The position numbers and the translations under genes were made by a program. A stretch of DNA of 64,000 bases from a virus. Lineage: Duplodnaviria; Caudoviricetes. How positions within the stretch are numbered: position 1 is the stretch's first letter; every line of letters starts with the position of its first letter. The stretch is from IMG/VR virus record IMGVR_UViG_3300035499_000522, positions 1-64,000 of that record. One strand, written 5' to 3'. The notes beneath the pieces were generated by a model. That model was not told the DNA's origin and searched no databases. It saw nothing but the letters and a program-made list of their open reading frames with translations. This document shows positions 31,578 to 40,687 of this stretch, piece by piece.

Positions 31578-32194
31578 TGAAAGTGCTTTCTATTGACTTT
31601 GATTATATCATGTCACCTTGCATCAAGCTATACAACTCCTATTGTGCAGGCAATGAAAATGCAACCGTTAGTTGGAACAGAATTGAAAATGAACTTGGAA
31701 TTGAAAAATTTCTTTGCTATGATGCGGAAAGCCTTAAGCAGATTGCATTGCTTATTCAGCGAAACGTGCAGAACGGTGCAAAGCTTATCCCCATTGAGGA
31801 GCATCAGGAGATTATAGATAAGCTTCCTGATTTACCCGATAGTGAGAAACTCGACCTTGTTAATGTTGATTTTCATCATGATATATGGTACAACCCCGAT
31901 GCTTTGGAAAACATCATTAACTTTGATGATTATTCATGTGCCGATTGGGTTGGGTATTTATATTTCAAAAATAAGCTTAACTCCTATAGATGGGTAAAAG
32001 CAGCTAATTCCGATATATTCAACAATAGTACAGGTGAGGAAATTCCTCTTGAAGTTCTTGGTAAGAAGGATTTGCCTAATATCGAGAATGATTTTGATGT
32101 TATTTACTTCTGCTTTTCGCCACAATGGACACCGTACAAATACAGACACCTGTATGAACTCATTATTGAAATGTGTAAAGGAGAACCCGTATGA
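31577..32194 (+). CDS. UPF0489-like (arginase/deacetylase-like fold) protein
   Basis: LSIDFDY, EEH, NVDFHHD, CADWV, SPQWTP; TAATG-coupled to the rSAM gene. Confidence 0.55.
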   Translation: MKVLSIDFDYIMSPCIKLYNSYCAGNENATVSWNRIENELGIEKFLCYDAESLKQIALLIQRNVQNGAKLIPIEEHQEIIDKLPDLPDSEKLDLVNVDFHHDIWYNPDALENIINFDDYSCADWVGYLYFKNKLNSYRWVKAANSDIFNNSTGEEIPLEVLGKKDLPNIENDFDVIYFCFSPQWTPYKYRHLYELIIEMCKGEPV

Positions 32195-33003
32195 ATATAT
32201 TAATGGCTACGGATTCCAACACATATTGCGGATGTGAGCTTGTCGTTTATACGACACTCACCCACAACAAAAACGTAAATTTTTATATTCTTACCATGGA
32301 TATTGAAATTGACAATGAGGAAACAGGAGAACATTTTGTTTATCGTGGACTGAACGACTGGCAGAAAAGCAAACTACGAAGAATAGTTAAGTATTTTGAC
32401 AAAAACAGTCATATCACAATTATAGATGCAAAGGACTACTATCTGGAACATCTTAAGGACAGTCCTAACAAGTATTCCTGCTTTACACCTTATGCAACAC
32501 TTAGGCTTATGGCTGATATAATTCTTCCCCATGTACACAATGTTTTGTATTTAGACTGTGATACCGCCGTAATGGGAGACATCACAGGAGTGTATGAGGA
32601 ATACACACACAAAGATTGTAACTATGCTGCATGGATGGCGGAGGATGCTTGTGACGGTGAAGGTGAGATGGTTTCGGGTGTAATGATTATGAACCTTGAT
32701 AAGATGCGTGAGACAGGTTTTCTCGCAACCGCAAGGCGAAACTATATGCAGAATAAGTACAGATACCCCGACCAAGATGCAATAAGAGATGCAGGAAAGC
32801 CAGTACATTTACCGCAGTATTTCGGATTCTGCAATAACTTGGATGATTGCTTTGATATGCCACTGGTATTACATTTTACAAATCAGCTGTCACCCAAGAT
32901 ATACACAGATAAAGGCAGGACGTACTTTTTTAAGAAGTTCCCGTTTTTGCAGTATGTCAAAGATGGTGTTGAACTGATTGACAGGATAAATTTTAAGGAT
33001 TAA
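32191..33003 (+). CDS. glycosyltransferase family 8
   Basis: LRL, LYLDCD (DxD), SGVMIMNL, YPDQDAI, LHF. Confidence 0.85.
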   Translation: MNILMATDSNTYCGCELVVYTTLTHNKNVNFYILTMDIEIDNEETGEHFVYRGLNDWQKSKLRRIVKYFDKNSHITIIDAKDYYLEHLKDSPNKYSCFTPYATLRLMADIILPHVHNVLYLDCDTAVMGDITGVYEEYTHKDCNYAAWMAEDACDGEGEMVSGVMIMNLDKMRETGFLATARRNYMQNKYRYPDQDAIRDAGKPVHLPQYFGFCNNLDDCFDMPLVLHFTNQLSPKIYTDKGRTYFFKKFPFLQYVKDGVELIDRINFKD

Positions 33004-33021
33004 CCGAAAGGAGAATGCTTT

Positions 33022-33336
33022 ATGAAAGCAAGAATAAACGAAAAGACTTACACCGTGGCAAAGGTAACAAAGACGTACTCAAAGGCAGAAGGTGCTTACA
33101 AGGTAGAACTTGTGTTTGAGAATACCGATGCCACAATCGAAGAACTTACACAGGCTTTTGTTGACGCAGGCAATGTAAATGTATCGGTTGAAAGAGAAGG
33201 ACTGGACGATATTGTTTTTGAAGGACTTACTCTGGATTACATTGCCGAGGATATTTACGAGGATGCTATTAAGGTTACTCTGATTACCAAGGTTGAGGGT
33301 GAGAAAGAGGAAACTGAGGAAGCAGTGCAGGAATAA
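33022..33336 (+). CDS. acidic hypothetical protein
   Basis: AGGAG RBS. Confidence 0.65.
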   Translation: MKARINEKTYTVAKVTKTYSKAEGAYKVELVFENTDATIEELTQAFVDAGNVNVSVEREGLDDIVFEGLTLDYIAEDIYEDAIKVTLITKVEGEKEETEEAVQE

Positions 33337-33342
33337 TAAGTA

Positions 33343-33705
33343 ATGAAGAAAAGTAATATCGCTCTTTTCAGAATTGGTAATCATTATTTATACAGAGAAC
33401 AGAATCTTATTGAATGCGAAATTCCAATACTATTTGTGTGCATTGATGATGTTGACAATAGGTATCTGGTTCTTAATCTGGATTTTGAAATGGATGAATA
33501 TCTCGTAGCTAAGGTAACAAAAACCGACTTAACGGATATGCTTGAAAGCAAAATTACAATAAGAAAGCCATTTGAAAATTCAGAAAGCATTTATTTAATC
33601 CGTGCAGGAGAAAGCTTAGAAAAAGATATTATAGTCAAAAAAGATTTTTCTGATATAAATGAAGAAGATTTACCAAGAGAAAATTTGCATTTTATTATAA
33701 ATTAA
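33343..33705 (+). CDS. hypothetical protein (DUF6575-like)
   Basis: PILFVC.D...RYL pattern. Confidence 0.45.
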   Translation: MKKSNIALFRIGNHYLYREQNLIECEIPILFVCIDDVDNRYLVLNLDFEMDEYLVAKVTKTDLTDMLESKITIRKPFENSESIYLIRAGESLEKDIIVKKDFSDINEEDLPRENLHFIIN

Positions 33706-33783
33706 ATAAGCTACAAAATATTAAAATAGAAATACTACATTCTATATTTGTAGTATTTCTATTTTTAATAAGAGGAATAAATT

Positions 33784-34035
33784 ATGTATAAAATATTAAT
33801 TAAAAAGGCACAAATGCCTAAAAATACATATTCTTTATATACAGAAACAATAACAGAAGTAAATGAAGAAACAGAAGCAGTTACTAAAACAACTTCTATT
33901 TATGAAACAGATAGTTTAGATACTTTAGCTGAAAAATATAAAGAATTACTTAATACATATACAACAGGTTAGATATTAGTAGTAGATGAACTTGATGTTA
34001 ATTTGATAGCTAACATTACAGATACTACTGAATAA
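33784..34035 (+). CDS. hypothetical protein (TAG=Gln at 33970)
   Basis: reads through TAG to TAA 34033-35, followed by a terminator. Confidence 0.55.
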
Positions 34036-34375
34036 GCGGCGACCCTTGGTTTGTGGTTTCCATGGACCAAGGGATTTCCGCATTTTTGTATTTTAATAAA
34101 TTTTATGATATAATAATTATAGAAAATAAAGAAAAGAAAGGAATTGATAGATATGGTTATAAGGTGTTTTAAATGTAATATTTGTAATCGTTATTTTGAT
34201 GAACCTATATGGAGTTCAGTCGACGGAAGTGAAGAATATTACACCCCCGCTTATGTTTTTGAAAAGGCTATTTGCCCCATATGCGGTAGCGAAAATTTTG
34301 AACTTACTGATATTGAAGAAAATTGATTTTTTAAATTTTTTATGATATAATATTTATAGAAAGTGAGTGATAAAT

Positions 34376-35143
34376 ATGGAAAAAATTTGGGATAAGTTAA
34401 AAGATAGATATGAATTTTTGTGCGAAACCTATGGAGAAAATTCTGTTTTAGGAGTATTTCTTTATGGTTCACAGAATTATGGTATTGATAATAAAAATAG
34501 TGATGTTGATACTAAAGCTATATTAGTACCTTCTTTTGATGCTATAGCCAATAACGAAACTCCTATATCAGCAGGCTTTACATTTAACGATGAATTATTA
34601 GATGTAAAAGATATAAGATTAATGTGCAAAATGTACAAAAAGCAAGGTATTAATTTTATTGAAACCTTGTTTACTGATTATTATTGCCTTAATCCTATCT
34701 ATGCCCCAATATTTCATGAATATTTTATCAAAAATAATGAAACAATAGCACATTATAGTCATAAAGCAGCTGTTATAAGTGCAGCAGCAACTGGTTTAAA
34801 TACTTTAAAGAATAAATCAGATAAACCTATTTCTAATAAACAGGTTGCAACAGCATTAAGATTGCTTGATTTTATTAAAAAATTTGATATAGATTATATT
34901 CGTTATAGTTATCCAAAATCAATGGTTCCTTCTGGTGTTATTAAATCAAGAATTATGCTTTTGAAAGAAGAAGGAAATGAAGAATATCCTAAAAAAGATT
35001 TAATAGACGAATTTAAATCAACTTTTAATATGATATTAGAAGATTCGCTTTCATTAAAAGATGATAGAGATTTTGAAGTTGATAAAATCTTAACGCAAGG
35101 TACAAAAGCTTTAATCATGAAAAGATATGAACTTGAAAATTAA
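34376..35143 (+). CDS. Pol-beta-family nucleotidyltransferase
   Basis: LYGSQNYG.D...SDVDTKAI. Confidence 0.75.
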   Translation: MEKIWDKLKDRYEFLCETYGENSVLGVFLYGSQNYGIDNKNSDVDTKAILVPSFDAIANNETPISAGFTFNDELLDVKDIRLMCKMYKKQGINFIETLFTDYYCLNPIYAPIFHEYFIKNNETIAHYSHKAAVISAAATGLNTLKNKSDKPISNKQVATALRLLDFIKKFDIDYIRYSYPKSMVPSGVIKSRIMLLKEEGNEEYPKKDLIDEFKSTFNMILEDSLSLKDDRDFEVDKILTQGTKALIMKRYELEN

Positions 35144-35266
35144 AAAAATTTATGATATAATTATTATACAAAATAAAGAAAGAAGTAAAAAATATGGATA
35201 TTGACCATTAAAAATTTGATTATTATAAAATTTTATGATATAATATATATGTAATAATATTAAAGG

Positions 35267-35345
35267 TAAGCATTAACAGCAATTTTAATATAATTTTAAA
35301 GAAATTTTTAATAATAATAGAAAATATAGAATATTAAATGCTTAG
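35267..35345 (+). ncRNA. ACAGCAA terminal-stem element E3
   Basis: TAAGCATT-AACAGCAA...AATGCTTAG, just after a sigmaA promoter. Confidence 0.5.
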
Positions 35346-35378
35346 AAAATCCAAAATTAATATTATTACATTATGTAT

Positions 35379-35455
<77 letters not shown>

Positions 35456-35460
35456 CTTTA

Positions 35461-35640
35461 AAGACACATGGGTATTGCAGCAAAAAATCAAATTATAATA
35501 GATAAGTAATACTAATGATAATTTGTTTCTTTGTTTAAAAGAAGATAGGTTATTATAAATGAAGCGTTTGATGGATTAAATACTCTTTGAAGTTTTTCGA
35601 TTAATCCAAATGCTTGCCAGAGGAAACTTCCGGTGTCTTG
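35461..35640 (+). ncRNA. terminal-stem element E4 (long variant)
   Basis: AAGACAC...GCAGCAA...GTGTCTTG with internal hairpin. Confidence 0.45.
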
Positions 35641-35647
35641 TTTTTAT

Positions 35648-35723
35648 CGAGATGTAAGTCAATTGGTAGACGGCTAAGTTTGGGGCTTAGTAGCTGGAGG
35701 TTCGAGTCCTCTCATCTCGACCA
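35648..35723 (+). tRNA. tRNA-Pro(UGG)
   Basis: CTAAG-TTTGGGG-CTTAG, ACCA. Confidence 0.9.
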
Positions 35724-35726
35724 TAT

Positions 35727-35803
35727 GGGCGATTACCCGAATAGGCATAGGGGCTAGCCTTAGAAGCTAGTATGTTAGAGTTCAAATCTCTAATCGCCTA
35801 CCA
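35727..35803 (+). tRNA. tRNA with UAG anticodon (Leu), short variable loop
   Basis: CTAGC-CTTAGAA-GCTAG, ACCA. Confidence 0.8.
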
Positions 35804-36078
35804 TTGTATTATTTAGTAAATTGTATAATTTACAAAATCTTTACATCGCTAGCTTAAAGTAGCGGATAGCTTTAAGACCCTACTATGAGGGGGATAGAAT
35901 AGTTGTGAAGCAGTTTGTACTTTTCTGTGTCTGTGAGCCAACAAACAGGCTTAACAAAAATTGAAAAGGGAGTTAGAAAGTTGGTTTTCTACTAAACGCC
36001 ATAAGTTGAAAAGAAACCACAAACGTTTGGGGCGGTAAGCTGCCTCTCCGATAAAATGGAGAAAGTGCTTACAATTAT

Positions 36079-36154
36079 GCTCATGTAGTTCAGTTGGTAG
36101 AACAACTGACTTTTAATCAGTAGGTCGTGAGTTCGAGTCTCATCATGGGCACCA
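36079..36154 (+). tRNA. tRNA-Lys(UUU)
   Basis: ACTGA-CTTTTAA-TCAGT, ACCA. Confidence 0.92.
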
Positions 36155-36160
36155 ATTTAA

Positions 36161-36263
36161 GGGGTTGTACTCAAGTGGTTGTACTCAAGTGGTTTAAGAG
36201 AGCTGTCTACTAAACAGCTAGTTCAGCAATGGAGCGTAAGTTCGAATCTTACCAATCCCGCCA
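36161..36263 (+). tRNA. tRNA-Ser(ACU) with 14-nt tandem duplication in the 5' half
   Basis: GCTGT-CTACTAA-ACAGC, long variable arm, GCCA; GGTTGTACTCAAGT twice. Confidence 0.65.
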
Positions 36264-36406
36264 CGGAGAAGCATTATAGGGGCTATGACTGCTAGCCTTA
36301 GCCTTTGATAGCAGCAGTAAGGACGTCCACGCAATAACCAAAGGGTTCCGCTTCTCTTTTTATTTGTAAAATTTAAAAATTTATGTTATAATTAATATGT
36401 AATCAA

Positions 36407-36472
36407 AAGGCATTTACAGCAAATTTTAAAGGAAATAATATAATAGCTTTAATTATTTATTAAAATGCCTTG
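36407..36472 (+). ncRNA. ACAGCAA terminal-stem element E5
   Basis: identical to 25823-25888; between a sigmaA promoter and the suppressor tRNA. Confidence 0.55.
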
Positions 36473-36479
36473 TTTATTT

Positions 36480-36570
36480 TGCGGAGTTGGCAAGCGGTTA
36501 AGCCTCAGGTCTCTAACACCTGCACCCCTTAGCGATAAGGTCCAGAGTTCGAATCTCTGCTCCGCAACCA
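36480..36570 (+). tRNA. amber suppressor tRNA(CUA), probably Gln-accepting
   Basis: CAGGT-CTCTAAC-ACCTG; U1:A72 and A73 as in this phage's tRNA-Gln; GTTCGAA T-loop; ACCA. Confidence 0.88.
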
Positions 36571-36578
36571 ATTTTTTA

Positions 36579-36667
36579 AAGATGCTAACAGCAAATTATT
36601 CTGGTTTAATAAAACTTATTTGAATGAAAACTTAATTTTCATATAATAAAAATATTTTGGCATCTTG
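36579..36667 (+). ncRNA. ACAGCAA terminal-stem element E6
   Basis: AAGATGC-TAACAGCAA...GCATCTTG. Confidence 0.55.
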
Positions 36668-36674
36668 TTAATAT

Positions 36675-36759
36675 GGGGGAATCGCATAGTGGCAATTGCG
36701 GCGGACTGTAAATTCGCTACCTTATGGTTTCCTTAGTTCGAGTCTAAGTTCCCCCACCA
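36675..36759 (+). tRNA. tRNA-Tyr(GUA)
   Basis: GCGGA-CTGTAAA-TTCGC, long variable arm, ACCA. Confidence 0.9.
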
Positions 36760-36765
36760 ATATAT

Positions 36766-36841
36766 GAGGTTTGTAGTGTAATGGTTAGCACGTCAGTTCG
36801 TGGCACTGATAGAAAGAGTTCAAATCTCTTCATTCCTCCCA
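36766..36841 (+). tRNA. tRNA-His(GUG)
   Basis: G-1:C73, anticodon loop TCGTGGC; two U-U mismatches in the acceptor stem. Confidence 0.75.
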
Positions 36842-36849
36842 CTAATTTA

Positions 36850-36978
36850 AAGGCACTTTCAGCAATATTAATTAGATATTTTAAGGAATTTTGTACATGG
36901 GTTCAATTCCCATTGCCGCTGCAATTAGTGGCGGTATAGCTTAGAGGTAAAGCAAAAATAATATACTAAAGTGTCTTG
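36850..36978 (+). ncRNA. element E7: Y-RNA/YrlA-like RNA with circularly permuted tRNA domain
   Basis: terminal stem AAGGCACTTT/AAAGTGTCTT plus CAGCAA; inside: T-arm 36897-36913, loop-closed acceptor hairpin 36914-36936, D-arm 36939-36953. Confidence 0.7.
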
Positions 36979-36985
36979 TTTATTT

Positions 36986-37062
36986 GCTTGTGTAACTCAA
37001 ATGGCTAGAGTACTTCTTTCATAAGGAAGAGGTTGTAAGTTCAATTCTTACCACAAGTACCA
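36986..37062 (+). tRNA. tRNA with CAU anticodon (elongator Met or Ile2)
   Basis: CTTCT-TTCATAA-GGAAG, ACCA. Confidence 0.85.
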
Positions 37063-37408
37063 AAACGGCTAGTAGCTGTGAATATAGGCGGAGTTAAATT
37101 AAGAAGAAAGGATTGAATTATCTCCTTTCTACCCAAATCTTCGTTAGGGTGATAACATGAGAGCTGCTCCTATGGCTGAAGGCTCTTTACTAGCTTCGTA
37201 ATTTTGAGGAATGAGAAACCTGCTCTCAATGGTTGAAATGATATATACCGAGAGCCGTGCTAATACGTATTAGACAAAATTATGACGTTACTTAAATAAG
37301 CGTGAATATTTAAGGTTTCTTATCTCAGTGCTTCATGGTGCGGCAGTCGCAGATAAGAATCAAAAAACCATGAAGCTTTACATACAACTTTAATTATTTT
37401 ATATATAT

Positions 37409-37484
37409 TGGCATATAGCCAAGCGGCAAGGCAACGGATTTTGACTCCGCCATTACGAAGGTTCGAATCCTTCTATGCCAACCA
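37409..37484 (+). tRNA. tRNA-Gln(UUG)
   Basis: TGGCATA/TATGCCA acceptor (U1:A72), anticodon loop TTTTGAC. Confidence 0.92.
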
Positions 37485-37607
37485 CTATATTCTTTATCCT
37501 TTCATATAATGCGGGATGATGCACAATAGCTAATTCCCGCATTTTTATTTATACCAATAAAGGTAAATTACTTTAGCGGTATACCAAAAAACTTTAAGGA
37601 GAAAATA

Positions 37608-38261
37608 ATGGAAAAACTTATAACAATGCTTGCCATGGTGTTAGCTCTAATAGCTTGCTCATTTACTACTATACCAACGCCCGCAAAGGATGAAGCTATT
37701 CCAATTATTCAAGAAGGAATTGAATATTAGTCTATTGATAATTTTAAATTAATAGAATACAAAGCTAAACAAGAGGTAAAAATAGAAACTCTTTCAATAG
37801 CTAAAGAATTAATAGAACTTCCAAATTGTGCTACTAATATGTATACTTTTATGGATTATAAAACTATTACAGATTCTACTTCTAATCAATGGAAACTTCA
37901 ATATGACAATAATGTATCTACTAATGAAAATGGTATTAGAATTTACACAAAAGACGAAATTGAATATTATATAGTGGCATTAGGTTCTGTGTGTGGGACT
38001 GATATAGGCGTCGCCTATAAAGTAACACTTGATAATGGCTCAGAATTTAATATTATTATGGGCGATTGTAAAGCGGGTGTTTATTATGGACACTCAACTA
38101 TTAACTACGATGGTTACTATTGTGTAAATATGATTGAATTTATAGTAAATGAAAATTATGTTCCTAATAGAATAAAAAATTTAGGTACATATTCTGGATT
38201 AGAATTTTTTAATGGTAATATTGCATCTATTGAAAAATTAGGTAAAATATGGGAAGCGTAA
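37608..38261 (+). CDS. exported protein, possible cell-wall-acting (3D/RlpA-like) domain; TAG=Gln at 37728
   Basis: AGGAG RBS, signal peptide, in frame with ORF 37839; VALGS...GD.KA. Confidence 0.5.
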
Positions 38262-38412
38262 TTAATAAGGCGGAAATAAATAAATAAAATATTTCCGCCT
38301 TATTTTTTTTGCATTTTTTAAAAATTAATGATATAATATATATAGAAAATGAAAAAGAAAAAAAAGAAACAAATGGTAATGCCAATTACCAAATCTTAAA
38401 GGAGATTAAATT

Positions 38413-39936
38413 ATGAATACTTTTATGAATGAACTTGAAAAGACTACTAATTTTACTACAACCACTAATGGTGCAACTGCTCATAAGTCTACCTTGAGCA
38501 AGGTATATGATTTGTTTGCTTTTGGCGGTGCATATCGTAATCGCAGCGAAGCAGATTGTATTAATTTGTTTAAGAATGCTTATGAGGAAGATTCCTCTAT
38601 GGCATTGAAGTGTCTGTTCTACTTGGTTGATGTACGCGGAGGTCAGGGGGAGCGTAGATTCTTCAGAGTGTGCTTCGCTTGGCTTTGTAATGAGCATCCT
38701 GAAGTTGCTTTCCGCCTTGTAGATAAGATTCCTTTCTTTTCGAGATGGGATAACATTCTTTATGCAATTCCTGATTCTGCTACTTATGTTAAGAACGAAG
38801 CTTATGAAGTAATTAAGACTCAGCTTGCTCTTGATATGGATTCAAAGACACCTAGCCTTATGGGTAAGTGGCTTCCTTCAGAGAATGCTTCCGCTCAGAA
38901 AACTAAGAATGAGGCTCATAAGCTTAGAAAGTATCTTGGTTATTCTCATAAGGAATATAGACAGATTCTCTCTGCTTTGAGAAAAAAGATTAATGTTCTT
39001 GAAAGACTTATGTCATCTAATCAGTGGGATAAGATTGAGTTTGATAAGATTCCTTCTAAAGCTGGTCTTATTTACAAGAACGCATTTGCAAGAAATGATA
39101 TAACATCAGAAAGATATAAGGCATTTGCTGCAAACAAAAATACAAAAGTTAATGCTTCTACACTTTATCCTTATGACGTTGTAAAAAAGGCAATTGACTT
39201 TAATTACAGTTATGGCTTTTATGGTAATTCAGAAACTGATAGAAATATGATTAATAAGTATTGGGAAAATCTTCCTGATTATTTGAACGGAGCAGATTGC
39301 AAGATGCTTTGTGTTTGTGATACAAGCGGAAGTATGCGTGGAGGTGCTGCCGCTGCCCCTATTAATGTTGCGATTGGATTATCCATGTATTGTGCAGAAC
39401 GTATAGGCGGTCCTTTCAAGAATCATTATATTAGTTTTTCATCTCGTCCTCAGCTTATTGAAACAAAAGGTGTAGACTTTGTAGATAAGGTCAAGAGAAT
39501 ATATGACACAAATCTTTGCGAAAATACTAACCTTGTGGCAGTATTTAACCTTTTAAAGGATACAGCATTGAAAGCTAATGTAAAGAAAGAAGATATGCCC
39601 GAAACAATAGTTGTAATCTCTGATATGGAAATTGATGCAGGTACAAGTCCTTGCTGCTGGCGTAAATACAACGATTTTAAACGCTGGACAACAAAATCAG
39701 CATCAACTGAAATGGAAAAGATAAGAGAAGAGTGGGCGGCAGCTGGCTTAACGCTTCCTAGAATCGTGTATTGGAACGTTAATGCAACTACCGACATAAT
39801 TCTTGATTCTGGTCCTGATGTAACCTTTGTGTCAGGTGCTTCCCCCATAATATTCAAGTCGGTCATTACAGGCAAAACTGGAATCGACATTATGCTTGAA
39901 GTTCTTTTGAATGACAGATACGCAAATATTTTTTAA
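38413..39936 (+). CDS. DUF2828 (TROVE/Ro60-like helical domain) plus vWA protein
   Basis: T.NGA, DVRGGQGERRFF, KWLPSE, YR..LS.LR, DTSGSM MIDAS motif, ISDME. Confidence 0.8.
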   Translation: MNTFMNELEKTTNFTTTTNGATAHKSTLSKVYDLFAFGGAYRNRSEADCINLFKNAYEEDSSMALKCLFYLVDVRGGQGERRFFRVCFAWLCNEHPEVAFRLVDKIPFFSRWDNILYAIPDSATYVKNEAYEVIKTQLALDMDSKTPSLMGKWLPSENASAQKTKNEAHKLRKYLGYSHKEYRQILSALRKKINVLERLMSSNQWDKIEFDKIPSKAGLIYKNAFARNDITSERYKAFAANKNTKVNASTLYPYDVVKKAIDFNYSYGFYGNSETDRNMINKYWENLPDYLNGADCKMLCVCDTSGSMRGGAAAAPINVAIGLSMYCAERIGGPFKNHYISFSSRPQLIETKGVDFVDKVKRIYDTNLCENTNLVAVFNLLKDTALKANVKKEDMPETIVVISDMEIDAGTSPCCWRKYNDFKRWTTKSASTEMEKIREEWAAAGLTLPRIVYWNVNATTDIILDSGPDVTFVSGASPIIFKSVITGKTGIDIMLEVLLNDRYANIF

Positions 39937-40246
39937 TCATTAAGATAGAGAGGAATAAATGTAATGTTTATTCCTCTTTTTGATTTTTAAAAATAAATAT
40001 GATATAATATATATAGAAAAATTAATAAAAGGAGAAAGATAACAATGAGAAAAAGTAAAATTCCAAGCATTCTTAATATCGTAGAGTTTATTATTGCTTA
40101 TGGGTGGTTAGCTTACATACTTGCCGCAATAATTTTTAGTATTCCAGTTTCTAATATTATTGTATGTTTCTATTGTTTATCTTATGGTATTTGTCTTATT
40201 TTAAATAGCATTAAAGAAATGATTGCAAAGAGGGATAAGATATTTT

Positions 40247-40687
40247 ATGAATGAATTTAATAATATGCAACTTATAAAAATAAATAGTATATCATTTGAA
40301 AAGAAAACTTTAGGTTCAACCTTGAAATTTGAAATTACTGAACCTAAAGACTTTACTTGTCAAAATGTTGAAGCTTCTATAATGAACTTTCATAATGAGA
40401 TAGGAAAATTTTCTAAAAGCTGGTTAGAATTGTTTGCTCCTGATACTAAAATTTTTATTAATGGTACTTTAAGAGTTTCATTTGAAGATAAAGATATTAA
40501 ACCTCTTAAAATGATATTAAGAGACAATAGTACTCTTATTATTCCTGCTTTAAGTTCTATAGAATTTGACGGTAAATTTGATTTGTTAAAATTACTTAAA
40601 GGAGAAATAATTAAGATAGAAAATGAAGAAGAAGTCTACATAAATAGCATAGAAGATTTAATAAAGAAGGTTAAACCAGTTGAGTGA
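40247..40687 (+). CDS. hypothetical protein
   Basis: operon context. Confidence 0.55.
   Translation: MNEFNNMQLIKINSISFEKKTLGSTLKFEITEPKDFTCQNVEASIMNFHNEIGKFSKSWLELFAPDTKIFINGTLRVSFEDKDIKPLKMILRDNSTLIIPALSSIEFDGKFDLLKLLKGEIIKIENEEEVYINSIEDLIKKVKPVE

Noticed and set aside
35727-35803. Possible second amber suppressor
   Set aside because: The anticodon is UAG (reads Leu CUA), not CUA
36571-36670. HDV-like theta ribozyme downstream of the suppressor tRNA
   Set aside because: The sequence there is the AT-rich E6 element; I could not find the nested double-pseudoknot core
37065-37300. RNase P RNA or tmRNA
   Set aside because: Lacks the GAGGAAAGUCC / ACA.AA...GGCUUA P4 signatures and the tRNA-Ala-like ends; kept only as an unknown structured RNA
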